From positions 2,676 through 66,675 of IMG/VR virus record IMGVR_UViG_3300010885_020868: a DNA stretch of 64,000 bases; one strand, given 5' to 3'. Position numbers and translations under genes: made by a program. Within the stretch, counting starts at the first letter, position 1, and each line of letters begins with the position of its first letter. The notes beneath the pieces were generated by a model. That model saw only the letters and a program-made list of their open reading frames with translations. It did no database searches and was not told the origin of the DNA. Source of the stretch: a virus. This document shows, piece after piece, positions 1 to 9,025 of the stretch.

Positions 1-195
1 TTAAATGATGACTATGAAGGTGGAGAAATAGAATTTACAAGACATGGTTTAAAAATAAAACCAGAAGCTGGGGATATTATTTTATTCCCGTCAAACTTTA
101 TTTACGAACATGCCTCATGCGAGGTATTTTCTGGAACTAAATATTCTGTTGTAATTATGACAGACTATAATGATAACAATCACAAGAATCACTAA
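1..195 (+). CDS. Fe(II)/2OG-dependent oxygenase, prolyl-4-hydroxylase-like (3' part, truncated by window)
   Basis: Frame 1 reads LNDDYEGGEIEF...FPSNFIYEHASCEVFSGTKYS to TAA at 193-195; same motif as the downstream paralogs. Confidence 0.85.
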   Translation, partial: LNDDYEGGEIEFTRHGLKIKPEAGDIILFPSNFIYEHASCEVFSGTKYSVVIMTDYNDNNHKNH

Positions 196-208
196 CAAAG
201 GAAAATAA

Positions 209-889
209 ATGGATATCAATCAGCCTAACAATAATTCAATTGAAAAAACATGGACAAGCTCAGAAGAAGTTGGTCCAGGAATCTGGGTGTATAGAAATAT
301 TTTTACTCCAGAGATGGATGTAACAAATAGAATTGAATCTTATTTAAAAGAAGACCCTAACTATTCTTGGCAACCAGCTTATGTAGGATATCAACAATTA
401 ATGCCAGAGTATAGAGATTGTGTTGACTTTAAATTTAAGAAATCAGATATTCAAAATGATAAATCACCAACGTCATTAAATCTTCAACAGTTATGGCAAG
501 ACTGCTATGATAGAAAATCTAATGCCGTTGCAGATTATGCTAAAAAGTTTAATATTAATAATTTAAGATACTGGGAAGCTTTTAATTTTGTTAGATATGG
601 AGAAGGCCAACACTTTATGGAGCATCATGATCATGGATATTCTTATAATTGTACTGTATCTTTAGTGGGATATCCAAATGACGATTACGAAGGTGGAGAG
701 CTATACTTTAGACTGCAAAATTTAAAGGTAAAGCCTCAAGCTGGAGACTTATACATATTCCCATCAAATTTTATGTATCCTCACCAGGCATTGCCCGTAA
801 CATCTGGAATAAAATATTCAATTGTAACAATGCTTGATTATAGCGAAAAATATCATACTCCAGAAATGTACCAAGAGACTGGAAAATAA
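209..889 (+). CDS. Fe(II)/2OG-dependent oxygenase (P4H-like)
   Basis: HxD (HHD), NDDYEGGELYF, distal His (YPHQ) and GIKYS. Confidence 0.88.
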   Translation: MDINQPNNNSIEKTWTSSEEVGPGIWVYRNIFTPEMDVTNRIESYLKEDPNYSWQPAYVGYQQLMPEYRDCVDFKFKKSDIQNDKSPTSLNLQQLWQDCYDRKSNAVADYAKKFNINNLRYWEAFNFVRYGEGQHFMEHHDHGYSYNCTVSLVGYPNDDYEGGELYFRLQNLKVKPQAGDLYIFPSNFMYPHQALPVTSGIKYSIVTMLDYSEKYHTPEMYQETGK

Positions 890-1600
890 TTGTCAAAAAT
901 ATCTGTTTATGTAAGCGGATCTAATTCAGCAAATATTGAACAGATATCTGTAAAAAGAGACTGGATGGATGAAACTGACAGGTTACACGCATATAGATGT
1001 TTTCCAGTTAGTCTTTCAAATACTTTAGGATGGGGTTTATCTTTTAATAAAGATATTACTTTTATTTGGGATGGTATATCAGATACCACTCCAAACCATG
1101 TAAAGATTTTAGAAGGAGAAGAGTTTTGTTTTACAGGAAGAGCTAACGCAACAATAAGTTTTAATACTGGCCTTAGATTTAAAACTGATGAAGATGTTAC
1201 AATATTACAAATGCCAGTTCCAAATCAATTTATTGATGGAGTACAGGCGTTTACAACATTAATGTCTACTTCATTTTATCCACACGATTTGCCCTGCGCT
1301 TGGAAAATAACTAAAGCAAATGTTCCAATAACAATTAAGGCTGGCACACCAATTATTTCTATAATTCCAATATCTCTTGGTAGCATAAAAGAATTTGAAG
1401 TAGATTTATATAACTATGTTTATGACGAAGACTATCATAAAAAGAGCAAGGCTTATGGTGACGCTTCTCAGGAAATAACAATGCGTGGAGAGTGGACAGA
1501 TTTTTATAGAGATGCAGTAGACGAAAAAAATAATTCCGTAGGATCTCATGAAACAAAATCTTTGAGGCTTAAGGTAAATGATTTAAGGGGATTTAAATGA
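890..1600 (+). CDS. Conserved beta-rich protein (DUF6065-like) of oxygenase clusters
   Basis: RDWMD...HAYRCFP...N.LGW and GTPI..IIP motifs; TTG start. Confidence 0.6.
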   Translation: MSKISVYVSGSNSANIEQISVKRDWMDETDRLHAYRCFPVSLSNTLGWGLSFNKDITFIWDGISDTTPNHVKILEGEEFCFTGRANATISFNTGLRFKTDEDVTILQMPVPNQFIDGVQAFTTLMSTSFYPHDLPCAWKITKANVPITIKAGTPIISIIPISLGSIKEFEVDLYNYVYDEDYHKKSKAYGDASQEITMRGEWTDFYRDAVDEKNNSVGSHETKSLRLKVNDLRGFK

Positions 1601-2328
1601 ATACAAACAAGATAACCTTTGTCAGCAATAGACCTTGGCTTAGTAAAGATAGCAAGTCTAGGCCAGAACCAATTATTAAAACTATACCAGAATGGTATAG
1701 AAAGGCAGATAGATTTGCCATAAATGAATCTACAAATGAATACTGGGCTGCGCCAGATGGAGGTAAAATTCCAACATGGAAAGCATGCCCAGCCGTGTTT
1801 GATATTTTAGGAACAGGGTATACATATAAAACTCCGTGTGATATTGAATTTTACATGAAGGGGAAAAACTTAGCTGTAAAAGTAAGCAGCCCAATGTATC
1901 AAGATTTCTGTTCTGCAAGGCCTACAATGCCTCAATTTGAGAATCCTAAAGGCTATCATCCAGATCACTTTGCTTGGTTCCCAGATTGGGCTGTAGAGGT
2001 TCCTGAAGGGTATAGCGTTCTGTACAGCCAACCATTTAATAGATTTGAATTACCATTTTTAACTACAAGTGGAATTATAGATAACGATAAGGTAAATCTT
2101 CCAGGATCTATGCCATTTTTTATTCAAGAAGGTTTTATTGGAGTAATACCAGCAGGAACTCCTTATGCACAAATGATTCCATTTTTAAGAGAAAATTGGG
2201 AATCAGAAATAAAAATAGAACAGGGCAATAATTTAATGTCTAAAAATCAAGATAATAGCAACAAATATAGGGTCCCAAATGGGGGAGTTTATAAAAATGA
2301 AGTGTGGACCAAAAGAACATACTCATAG
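1597..2328 (+). CDS. Hypothetical protein, distantly similar to preceding gene (dUTPase-like beta fold, inferred)
   Basis: IPEWY...TWKACP...GY..TP; PEGYS.L...P; IPAGTP.AQ.IPF.RE.W. Confidence 0.55.
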   Translation: MNTNKITFVSNRPWLSKDSKSRPEPIIKTIPEWYRKADRFAINESTNEYWAAPDGGKIPTWKACPAVFDILGTGYTYKTPCDIEFYMKGKNLAVKVSSPMYQDFCSARPTMPQFENPKGYHPDHFAWFPDWAVEVPEGYSVLYSQPFNRFELPFLTTSGIIDNDKVNLPGSMPFFIQEGFIGVIPAGTPYAQMIPFLRENWESEIKIEQGNNLMSKNQDNSNKYRVPNGGVYKNEVWTKRTYS

Positions 2329-2345
2329 AATGGTATAATAATATT

Positions 2346-3023
2346 ATGATAAGCAACGACTATGAAAAGCATAACGTAGATAGAGTTTCAATAACTCCTT
2401 CTGGTTACTATGGCAATTCTCCAGACATGATTCAGGCTAGAGAAAATTTTATGACTCCAGAAGAATTAGCATTTCTTTCTAATGAAGCAAGAAATATAAA
2501 GATTTGGGATGTTACAGAAACTCATTACAATGAAGAGGGAACAGTTATTTATGATCACTCCTATTGGGAAAATCGTGTAGCTACAACTGGATCTTTGTGG
2601 CAAAACAATCCAGAAATTGTACCAGTTATTGATGAACTGGTAAAAAGGCTAAAAATAGAAGTAGACGAGTTTTTTGGAGTAGATGCTTTTCCTACAAGTC
2701 CAGCTATTGTAAGATGGCTTCCTGGCCAGCTTCAAATGCCTCATGCAGATAAAGAACTTCATGAAGGTGAAAATGCTGGAAAGCCTAATGATTTTCCATG
2801 GTATGATATTTCTGGATTGTTTTATCTAAATGATGATTATGAGGGCGGAGAATTGTATTTTCCTCTTCAAGGAATTCAATTCAAGCCAAAGGCTGGCGGA
2901 GCATACTTTTTTCCAGGAGATAAGAATTTTATTCATGGAGTAACTGAAATTACAAGCGGAATAAGATATGTAATTCCATTTTTCTGGACTATTTTATCTC
3001 ACAAAGAAAAAAAAATAATATGA
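2346..3023 (+). CDS. Fe(II)/2OG-dependent oxygenase (P4H-like)
   Basis: HAD, YLNDDYEGGELYF, HGV, GIRY; ATG 2346 lies 6 nt after TGgTATAAT (ORF track start 2304). Confidence 0.88.
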   Translation: MISNDYEKHNVDRVSITPSGYYGNSPDMIQARENFMTPEELAFLSNEARNIKIWDVTETHYNEEGTVIYDHSYWENRVATTGSLWQNNPEIVPVIDELVKRLKIEVDEFFGVDAFPTSPAIVRWLPGQLQMPHADKELHEGENAGKPNDFPWYDISGLFYLNDDYEGGELYFPLQGIQFKPKAGGAYFFPGDKNFIHGVTEITSGIRYVIPFFWTILSHKEKKII

Positions 3024-3136
3024 GGCAGTGTACATGCGGAAGATCTGCAATCTATCCATATTGTGACAATACTCACAAAATTAAAAAAACTGATACTGTA
3101 ATACAAGAAAATGAAGAGGTGCTAGATGATAATTAA
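3020..3136 (+). CDS. 38-aa CDGSH-type (NEET-like) iron-sulfur mini-protein
   Basis: MRQCTCGRSAIYPYCDNTHK... matches C-x-C-x2-S-x3-P-x-C-D-x-(S/T)-H; ATGA overlap with upstream stop; below ORF-track size cutoff. Confidence 0.75.
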   Translation: MRQCTCGRSAIYPYCDNTHKIKKTDTVIQENEEVLDDN

Positions 3137-3854
3137 CGATATAAACAAAGATAATTTTATTTATTATAAAGATGACATTAACGATAAGGGTGTTTTGGGC
3201 ATAACTCATAATAGAATCGTAGAGATCCCTAATTTCTTAGATGAAGATACAGCAAAAAACATGACTAATTTTTTTGAAGCTAAGTCTGAAATGTGGGGGG
3301 ACATCGCTTTTTACGGATCTCTTGGAATGGGTTTAGCTCCTAATGATCCACTACTATCAACTTATAATTTAGACGGAGATCATTTTGATAAATTACGTGA
3401 AAAATTTAAAGAATCAGTTGAGATAGTATTTGAAAGAGAAGTTAGGGCAAATACTTCTCATGCTCAAAAATGGGAAGTAGGAGGATTTGCAGCCCCTCAT
3501 TCTGATAATTCTGATTTTGAAGGCGTTCCAAATGCTTTTGAAATAAATAAATATGTAGGAATACTTTACTTAAATGATGATTATGAGGGTGGGAATCTTT
3601 ATTTTCCAGATCATGATATAAGCTTTAAACCAAATAAACTTTCTTATTATGTTTTCTGTGGCGGAGTAGAAAATATTCATGGAGTAAGTGAAATTACAAA
3701 GGGAACCAGATATACAATGGTTTCTTTTTGGGATTATGCGGATGTAGAATATGATCAAGAAACCTTAGACCGCTGGGAAGAAGAAGAAAAACAAGTTAGA
3801 ATTCAACAGGCAGCTCAAAAAGAAGAATGGCTAAAGGGCAATAAATACGCCTAA
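3126..3854 (+). CDS. Fe(II)/2OG-dependent oxygenase (P4H-like)
   Basis: HSD, LYLNDDYEGG, HGV, GTRY. Confidence 0.88.
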   Translation: MIINDINKDNFIYYKDDINDKGVLGITHNRIVEIPNFLDEDTAKNMTNFFEAKSEMWGDIAFYGSLGMGLAPNDPLLSTYNLDGDHFDKLREKFKESVEIVFEREVRANTSHAQKWEVGGFAAPHSDNSDFEGVPNAFEINKYVGILYLNDDYEGGNLYFPDHDISFKPNKLSYYVFCGGVENIHGVSEITKGTRYTMVSFWDYADVEYDQETLDRWEEEEKQVRIQQAAQKEEWLKGNKYA

Positions 3855-3868
3855 TAAAAGGAGACATA

Positions 3869-4534
3869 ATGGAAAAGGTAATACATAGGCACGATATAGT
3901 AGAATTTAAAAATTTTCTTACGCAGGAAGAATGCCAGAAGTTAATTAATTATTTTAATAGCTCAATGGATTCTTGGCAAGAAACTTGTTTTTATGCAAGC
4001 TATGTTATGGATCCATTAGACCCATTAAACGTAAACCCAGATTCTGAAATAAACAGAGAGTACTTTGATAATTTAAGATTATCCTTAAAAGATTTAGCAG
4101 AAACCTGCAGTCCAGAAAAATTACGTAATCTAAGTTTAAGTGCTCATAAATGGACGCCAGGAGCATTTGCGTCAGATCACTCAGATAACTCAGATATGGA
4201 TGGCACACCAAATGCTTGGCAAGATAATAAATTTGTAACTATTATTTATTTAAATCGTGACTACGAAGGTGGTAATTTAACTTTTGACGCACATGGAATT
4301 TCAATTGCTCCAGATCAAGGAACCATGATTGCGTTTGATCCTGGATTCACAAACCTTCATGGAGTAACAGAAGTATTATCTGGATTAAGATATACAATGC
4401 TTTCTTCATGGGATTATGAATCAGTTAGTTATACAGAAGAAGACATTAGAAAAATTAAAGAAGAAAAAGAAAGATTAAAACCAGAACAAGAAAAACAAAG
4501 AGAAGAGTGGAGAAAAGGTAATAAATATGTTTAA
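3869..4534 (+). CDS. Fe(II)/2OG-dependent oxygenase (P4H-like), paralog of 3126..3854
   Basis: HSDNSD, YLNRDYEGG, HGV, GLRY; shared C-terminus EEWxKGNKY. Confidence 0.88.
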   Translation: MEKVIHRHDIVEFKNFLTQEECQKLINYFNSSMDSWQETCFYASYVMDPLDPLNVNPDSEINREYFDNLRLSLKDLAETCSPEKLRNLSLSAHKWTPGAFASDHSDNSDMDGTPNAWQDNKFVTIIYLNRDYEGGNLTFDAHGISIAPDQGTMIAFDPGFTNLHGVTEVLSGLRYTMLSSWDYESVSYTEEDIRKIKEEKERLKPEQEKQREEWRKGNKYV

Positions 4535-5120
4535 TGCAATCTCTCCTGAAATTTTTGACAAAATATTTTATTATAAAAATGTCATACTTGACCCTTTGGC
4601 TCTTATAAATTTAATTGAAAAAACAGACGAAAGATTATCTGAAAAAACATCTATTCCTAAATGGAATGAGTGGACAGCTAGCGGAGACGATCCATATTTT
4701 TTTGGATATCAAAAAAGATTTAATCACGGAATAGAAAAAGAATCAGATCCAGATCTAATAGAAATTAGAGATATTTTAACTAATGCAATATTAGGAGCAT
4801 CTAATGATTACGCAGAAAAAAATGAAATAAATATAGGATCACTTTCACCAATATCTATTAGCAAGTATTCTACTGGTAAATTCATGGGTCCCCATGTTGA
4901 TTCTTATGGAGACGATAATTCTCCAGTAATATCTGTAGTTCTTTATTTAAACGATAGCTACACTGGAGGCGAGCTTAATTTTAAAAATCAAAATATTAAG
5001 ATAAAACCAGAGGCTGGAAGCATTGTCATATTTCCATCAGTAGAACCTTACTACCACGAGTCTTTGCCAGTAACTGATGGCATTAAGTACATGTCTCCAG
5101 GATTTTGGAGTAAGCGCTAA
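4527..5120 (+). CDS. Fe(II)/2OG-dependent oxygenase (P4H-like)
   Basis: GPHVD, LYLNDSYTGGEL, YYHESLPV, GIKY. Confidence 0.88.
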   Translation: MFNAISPEIFDKIFYYKNVILDPLALINLIEKTDERLSEKTSIPKWNEWTASGDDPYFFGYQKRFNHGIEKESDPDLIEIRDILTNAILGASNDYAEKNEINIGSLSPISISKYSTGKFMGPHVDSYGDDNSPVISVVLYLNDSYTGGELNFKNQNIKIKPEAGSIVIFPSVEPYYHESLPVTDGIKYMSPGFWSKR

Positions 5121-5164
5121 ACCTACTTGTATTCTAGTATTGTTTAGTGATACAATTAATTCAA

Positions 5165-6976
5165 ATGTCATATCAACTTAAAGTAATTAAAGATGCTCCT
5201 ATAGGCTTTTGGCCTTTAGATGAGACTTCTGGTACCACCGCATTAGACGTATCTGGCTGTGGAAACAATGGAACCTATTACGGATCTTTAACTACAAATA
5301 TTCTTCCGCTTATTTCAGGTGGAGTTTCAGCAAGTAAAATTACAAATACAGCCTATGTGTCTTTGAGTGTGTCAAATGATTATGATGGAATTTTGGCAGA
5401 CGGAGGCCTAGCCACTTTATATAACTCAGACAATGACTTTTCTTTAGAAGTTTGGTTTTATCCTCAAATAACTACAACATCTCTAACTCCCATTCTTGCC
5501 GATTTAAATAATAAAGTCGGAATATTCTACGAAAAAGGAAACCTAGTATTTTTAGCAGCAGGAGAAAGATTAGATTACACTGTTCCTTATCTTAAAAGAG
5601 CCATGCATGTTGTTGCAAATTACTCTACATCTAATATATCACTATCTTTAAATGGAAAAAGAGTTGCGTCAAAAAACATTAACTCCCCTAAGTTTGCAAA
5701 TACAGCATTAAATTTAAAGATTGGTCCAACTTTATCTTCTTTAGATTCTTTTATAGTAGACGCCCCAGCAGTATACAGATATTCTTTGTCTATTAGCGAC
5801 ATAGCTAGACACTATCTATATAGCAGATCAGTAGACTATGCACAGATAGCGGTACCAGAACAGGGCACCATGTTTGATATAAGCGATAAAAATATATTTA
5901 AACCTTTTACATATATTCTTCCACAAAACAACGATTTTGAAATTGCTGTCAATTCAGATACTTATTATGATAAATTAAATAATTGGTTGTCTTTTATTCA
6001 AACCGATACAGCACAATCTAAAACTTTTACCATGCAAGATTATTTTTTAGTACCAATTACAACTGGCCTAAATAGCTCAAAGGTTGAATGGTACGGAGAT
6101 AATGGAATATCAATTGAAACTAGTCTAACTGGAGAAGCAGGATCTTGGGAGTATTGCACTAACGGCCAAAGTGTGCCTCAATATAAAACGGGTTCGGTAA
6201 ATTTTCAACAGTCTGGCTTACTTCATTTTAAAATAACTATGACCAGTGCAGACACAAGCAAAATCCTGCCATTACTACAGTATGTTGGTTTCTATTTTTA
6301 TACTAATAAAGAATTTGTATCTAACAATTCGGGAATGTCTATTCGTTCAAAACAGCCATTAGGCGGAGACATTAATTTAACAACATGGGAATATAATTTA
6401 GGCACAGACAATTATCCTATATTGTCTAGGCATTCAGAAAATGGAATAATTCCATCTGAGGCTGGATTTTATATAAATACAATTAGAGATATTAGTACGG
6501 TAGAAATGTTCTTTACCCCTAAAACTCTAACTAAAAATTGTCTTCTTTATTCAGAGTATAACTCTAATGTAATATCTTACCTATGGTCAAATTCTGGGGC
6601 CATAACAAAAAGTAATATATCTGCTATTTATGTAAATGGCGTAAATCGAACCTCAGCAACAAACATCTCATCATTTTTAAAAGAGGGAGAGATTTGTCAC
6701 ATAGTACTGTGCCTAAATCAGCCTATTTCAGGAGACATTTGGTTTAATGTTAAAGTTTCAAACAACCTTTGGACAAATGGTGGCGGCAAGAATTTATACA
6801 AGAATATAACCCTTTACCCGTCGCAACTAACACAAGCAGAAGCTCAAAATCATTATTACCTCTATACTGACAGAGCCTCAGCTACCGCAATAGACAGCCA
6901 AAATAGTTCAATTACCCTGACAGAAGAACATGTAAACGCATATGATAATGACTGGGTAGTCATTAAAAGCGTCTAA
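5165..6976 (+). CDS. LamG/concanavalin A-like lectin domain virion protein
   Basis: PIGFWPLDETSGT..D.SG.GN.GTY, FSLEVWF, LNG; second LamG-like repeat near C-terminus (YVNG, HIVL). Confidence 0.75.
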   Translation: MSYQLKVIKDAPIGFWPLDETSGTTALDVSGCGNNGTYYGSLTTNILPLISGGVSASKITNTAYVSLSVSNDYDGILADGGLATLYNSDNDFSLEVWFYPQITTTSLTPILADLNNKVGIFYEKGNLVFLAAGERLDYTVPYLKRAMHVVANYSTSNISLSLNGKRVASKNINSPKFANTALNLKIGPTLSSLDSFIVDAPAVYRYSLSISDIARHYLYSRSVDYAQIAVPEQGTMFDISDKNIFKPFTYILPQNNDFEIAVNSDTYYDKLNNWLSFIQTDTAQSKTFTMQDYFLVPITTGLNSSKVEWYGDNGISIETSLTGEAGSWEYCTNGQSVPQYKTGSVNFQQSGLLHFKITMTSADTSKILPLLQYVGFYFYTNKEFVSNNSGMSIRSKQPLGGDINLTTWEYNLGTDNYPILSRHSENGIIPSEAGFYINTIRDISTVEMFFTPKTLTKNCLLYSEYNSNVISYLWSNSGAITKSNISAIYVNGVNRTSATNISSFLKEGEICHIVLCLNQPISGDIWFNVKVSNNLWTNGGGKNLYKNITLYPSQLTQAEAQNHYYLYTDRASATAIDSQNSSITLTEEHVNAYDNDWVVIKSV

Positions 6977-7001
6977 TATTGTCAGGCACAATGACACAGT
7001 A

Positions 7002-7030
7002 TGGACTTTGATTCAAAGTAATGGTAGAAT
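7002..7030 (+). promoter_or_regulatory. sigma70/HrdB-type promoter overlapped by an inverted repeat
   Basis: TGGACT-17-TAGAAT with extended TG; perfect IR ACTTTGA-t-TCAAAGT at 7005-7019. Confidence 0.55.
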
Positions 7031-7038
7031 AATGATCT

Positions 7039-7383
7039 ATGGATATTAATAATGTAAACTCAAAAATTCTAGAAGAGGAGTCCACTCTTGGAATTTATGT
7101 CTGGGAAATGCCAGATGGAAGGTGGATAGGCGATGACGAAGGAAACTACCTCTCAGTCACTTCCAAAAAAGGAAATGTTGACCGCATGGATGCCATTACT
7201 AGAGAAGTACGCACGTTTGGTATATATGAGGGCAGGCCTTTATTCCTTTCAGCAAGAAGAAAAATTGATGACGAAGAATTTGAATATCAAAACCAAAGAC
7301 TTAAATGGGGACTAGTTCCAGATCCGCTTGATATTGGAAACTATAAAGATGAAGTTAAAAAGTATGGTAATTTAAGGGGATAA
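7039..7383 (+). CDS. Hypothetical protein preceding portal
   Basis: Clean ORF between promoter and portal. Confidence 0.7.
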   Translation: MDINNVNSKILEEESTLGIYVWEMPDGRWIGDDEGNYLSVTSKKGNVDRMDAITREVRTFGIYEGRPLFLSARRKIDDEEFEYQNQRLKWGLVPDPLDIGNYKDEVKKYGNLRG

Positions 7384-7385
7384 AG

Positions 7386-8972
7386 ATGGAATTTATTGAA
7401 GAAGAAAATGAGGCAGGAGAACAAATTCAGCTATCTAATGTTGCTGATTGGTTCTCATTTAATAAGTCTACAGAAGTTACAAGTAACGATCCTTTTACTA
7501 TAGACCTAGATGGAATTAAAAAGCTTAATGGATTAAGTCCAGCATTTCGACGTAAAGTAGGGCGTGAGTTTACAAAATCATTTACAGGAATTGAAGAAAC
7601 TGGAACACAGCAAAATCTTCTAGCACAGGCAATTACTGGCTACGCTATGTTTGATTTAATTGAACCAACATATAACCTAGAGTATCTATCTCAAATCTAT
7701 GAGACATCTACATATAACTACGCAGCGATTAATGCTAAGGTTTCAAATATTGTTGGACTAGGATATGATTTTATTGAAACTAAGAAAACAAATGACGCCT
7801 TTGATTCTATTTCAGATGATAGACAATTAGAACGGGCACGAAAGAAGATTAGTAAATTAAGACAGGATCTACAAGGATGGCTTGACCAAACAAATGATGA
7901 AGACACCTTTACTCAAACTTTAATTAAGGTGTATACAGACTATGAAGCTACAGGAAATGGTTTCCTAGAAATTGGCAGAACAACTGCTGGAGACATTGGC
8001 TATATTGGGCATATCCCAGCAAAGACTATGCGTATCCGTAGACTGCGTGATGGCTTTATTCAATTGCTTTATGGCAAGGCTGTATACTTTAGAAACTTTG
8101 AAGATATGGATACCCCAAGTCCAATTACTTCTCAAGAGGATCGCCCAAATGAGGTTATTCATTTTAAGAAATATACCCCTATGAATAATTATTATGGTAT
8201 CCCAGATATTATTGCTTCACAAATGGCATTGGCTGGAAATGAATATTCAGGTAGATATAACCTAGATTATTTCCAAAATAAAGCGGTACCAAGATATATT
8301 ATTACAGTAAAGGGAGCAAAGCTTTCTCCTGAATCAGAACGTAAATTACTTGAATTTTTCCAGGTTGGACTAAAGGGTAAAAATCACAGATCCCTATATG
8401 TTCCGCTTCCTGCTGATACTCCAGATTCAAAAGTTGAATTTAAAATGGAGCCAATTGAAGCTGGTAATCAAGAAGGCTCATTTGAGAAGTATCGTAAATC
8501 TAATAGAGATGAAATTCTATTGGCTCACCGTGTACCAATTAATAAAATTGGAACTCCAGAAGGAGTTAATTTAGCGGTAGCCAGAGATGCCGATAAAACA
8601 TTTAAAGAGCAGGTTTGCCGACCAGCTCAAATGATTTTAGAAAAGAAATTAAATAGAATATTCTCTGAAAAGACAGATGCCCTACAACTTAAATTTAATG
8701 AATTAACTTTGACCGACGAAGATACTCAGTCTAAAATTGATGAGCGTTATTTAAGAATGCAGGTAATTACCCCTAATGAAGTTAGACTTAGAAAGGGCAT
8801 GATTCCTCTAGAAGGCGGAGACAAAGTAATTGAATTAAAGCCACAACAGGCAGCAGATCAACAGGCTAAATCTACTGGAAATAAAACTAGAGATCAACAA
8901 AGATCTGCAACTTCCCCAGATAAATCTGGTGAGGCTAGAAATCCAAAGGGCGATGGCGCCCAAGTTGACTAA
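7386..8972 (+). CDS. Portal protein (HK97/PBSX-like)
   Basis: TGNGFLEI.R, NEVIHFK, YYGIPD, YFQNKAVP, ILLAHRVP, ITPNEVR motifs; position before protease and capsid. Confidence 0.92.
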   Translation: MEFIEEENEAGEQIQLSNVADWFSFNKSTEVTSNDPFTIDLDGIKKLNGLSPAFRRKVGREFTKSFTGIEETGTQQNLLAQAITGYAMFDLIEPTYNLEYLSQIYETSTYNYAAINAKVSNIVGLGYDFIETKKTNDAFDSISDDRQLERARKKISKLRQDLQGWLDQTNDEDTFTQTLIKVYTDYEATGNGFLEIGRTTAGDIGYIGHIPAKTMRIRRLRDGFIQLLYGKAVYFRNFEDMDTPSPITSQEDRPNEVIHFKKYTPMNNYYGIPDIIASQMALAGNEYSGRYNLDYFQNKAVPRYIITVKGAKLSPESERKLLEFFQVGLKGKNHRSLYVPLPADTPDSKVEFKMEPIEAGNQEGSFEKYRKSNRDEILLAHRVPINKIGTPEGVNLAVARDADKTFKEQVCRPAQMILEKKLNRIFSEKTDALQLKFNELTLTDEDTQSKIDERYLRMQVITPNEVRLRKGMIPLEGGDKVIELKPQQAADQQAKSTGNKTRDQQRSATSPDKSGEARNPKGDGAQVD

Positions 8973-8989
8973 GACCACTCAACTACTAT

Positions 8990-9018
8990 TTGCCTTTTTA
9001 TCGACAAAAAGATAAAAT
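8990..9018 (+). promoter_or_regulatory. Putative promoter for protease/capsid
   Basis: TTGCCT-17-TAAAAT, 7 nt before ATG 9026. Confidence 0.5.
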
Positions 9019-9025
9019 TGAACAT

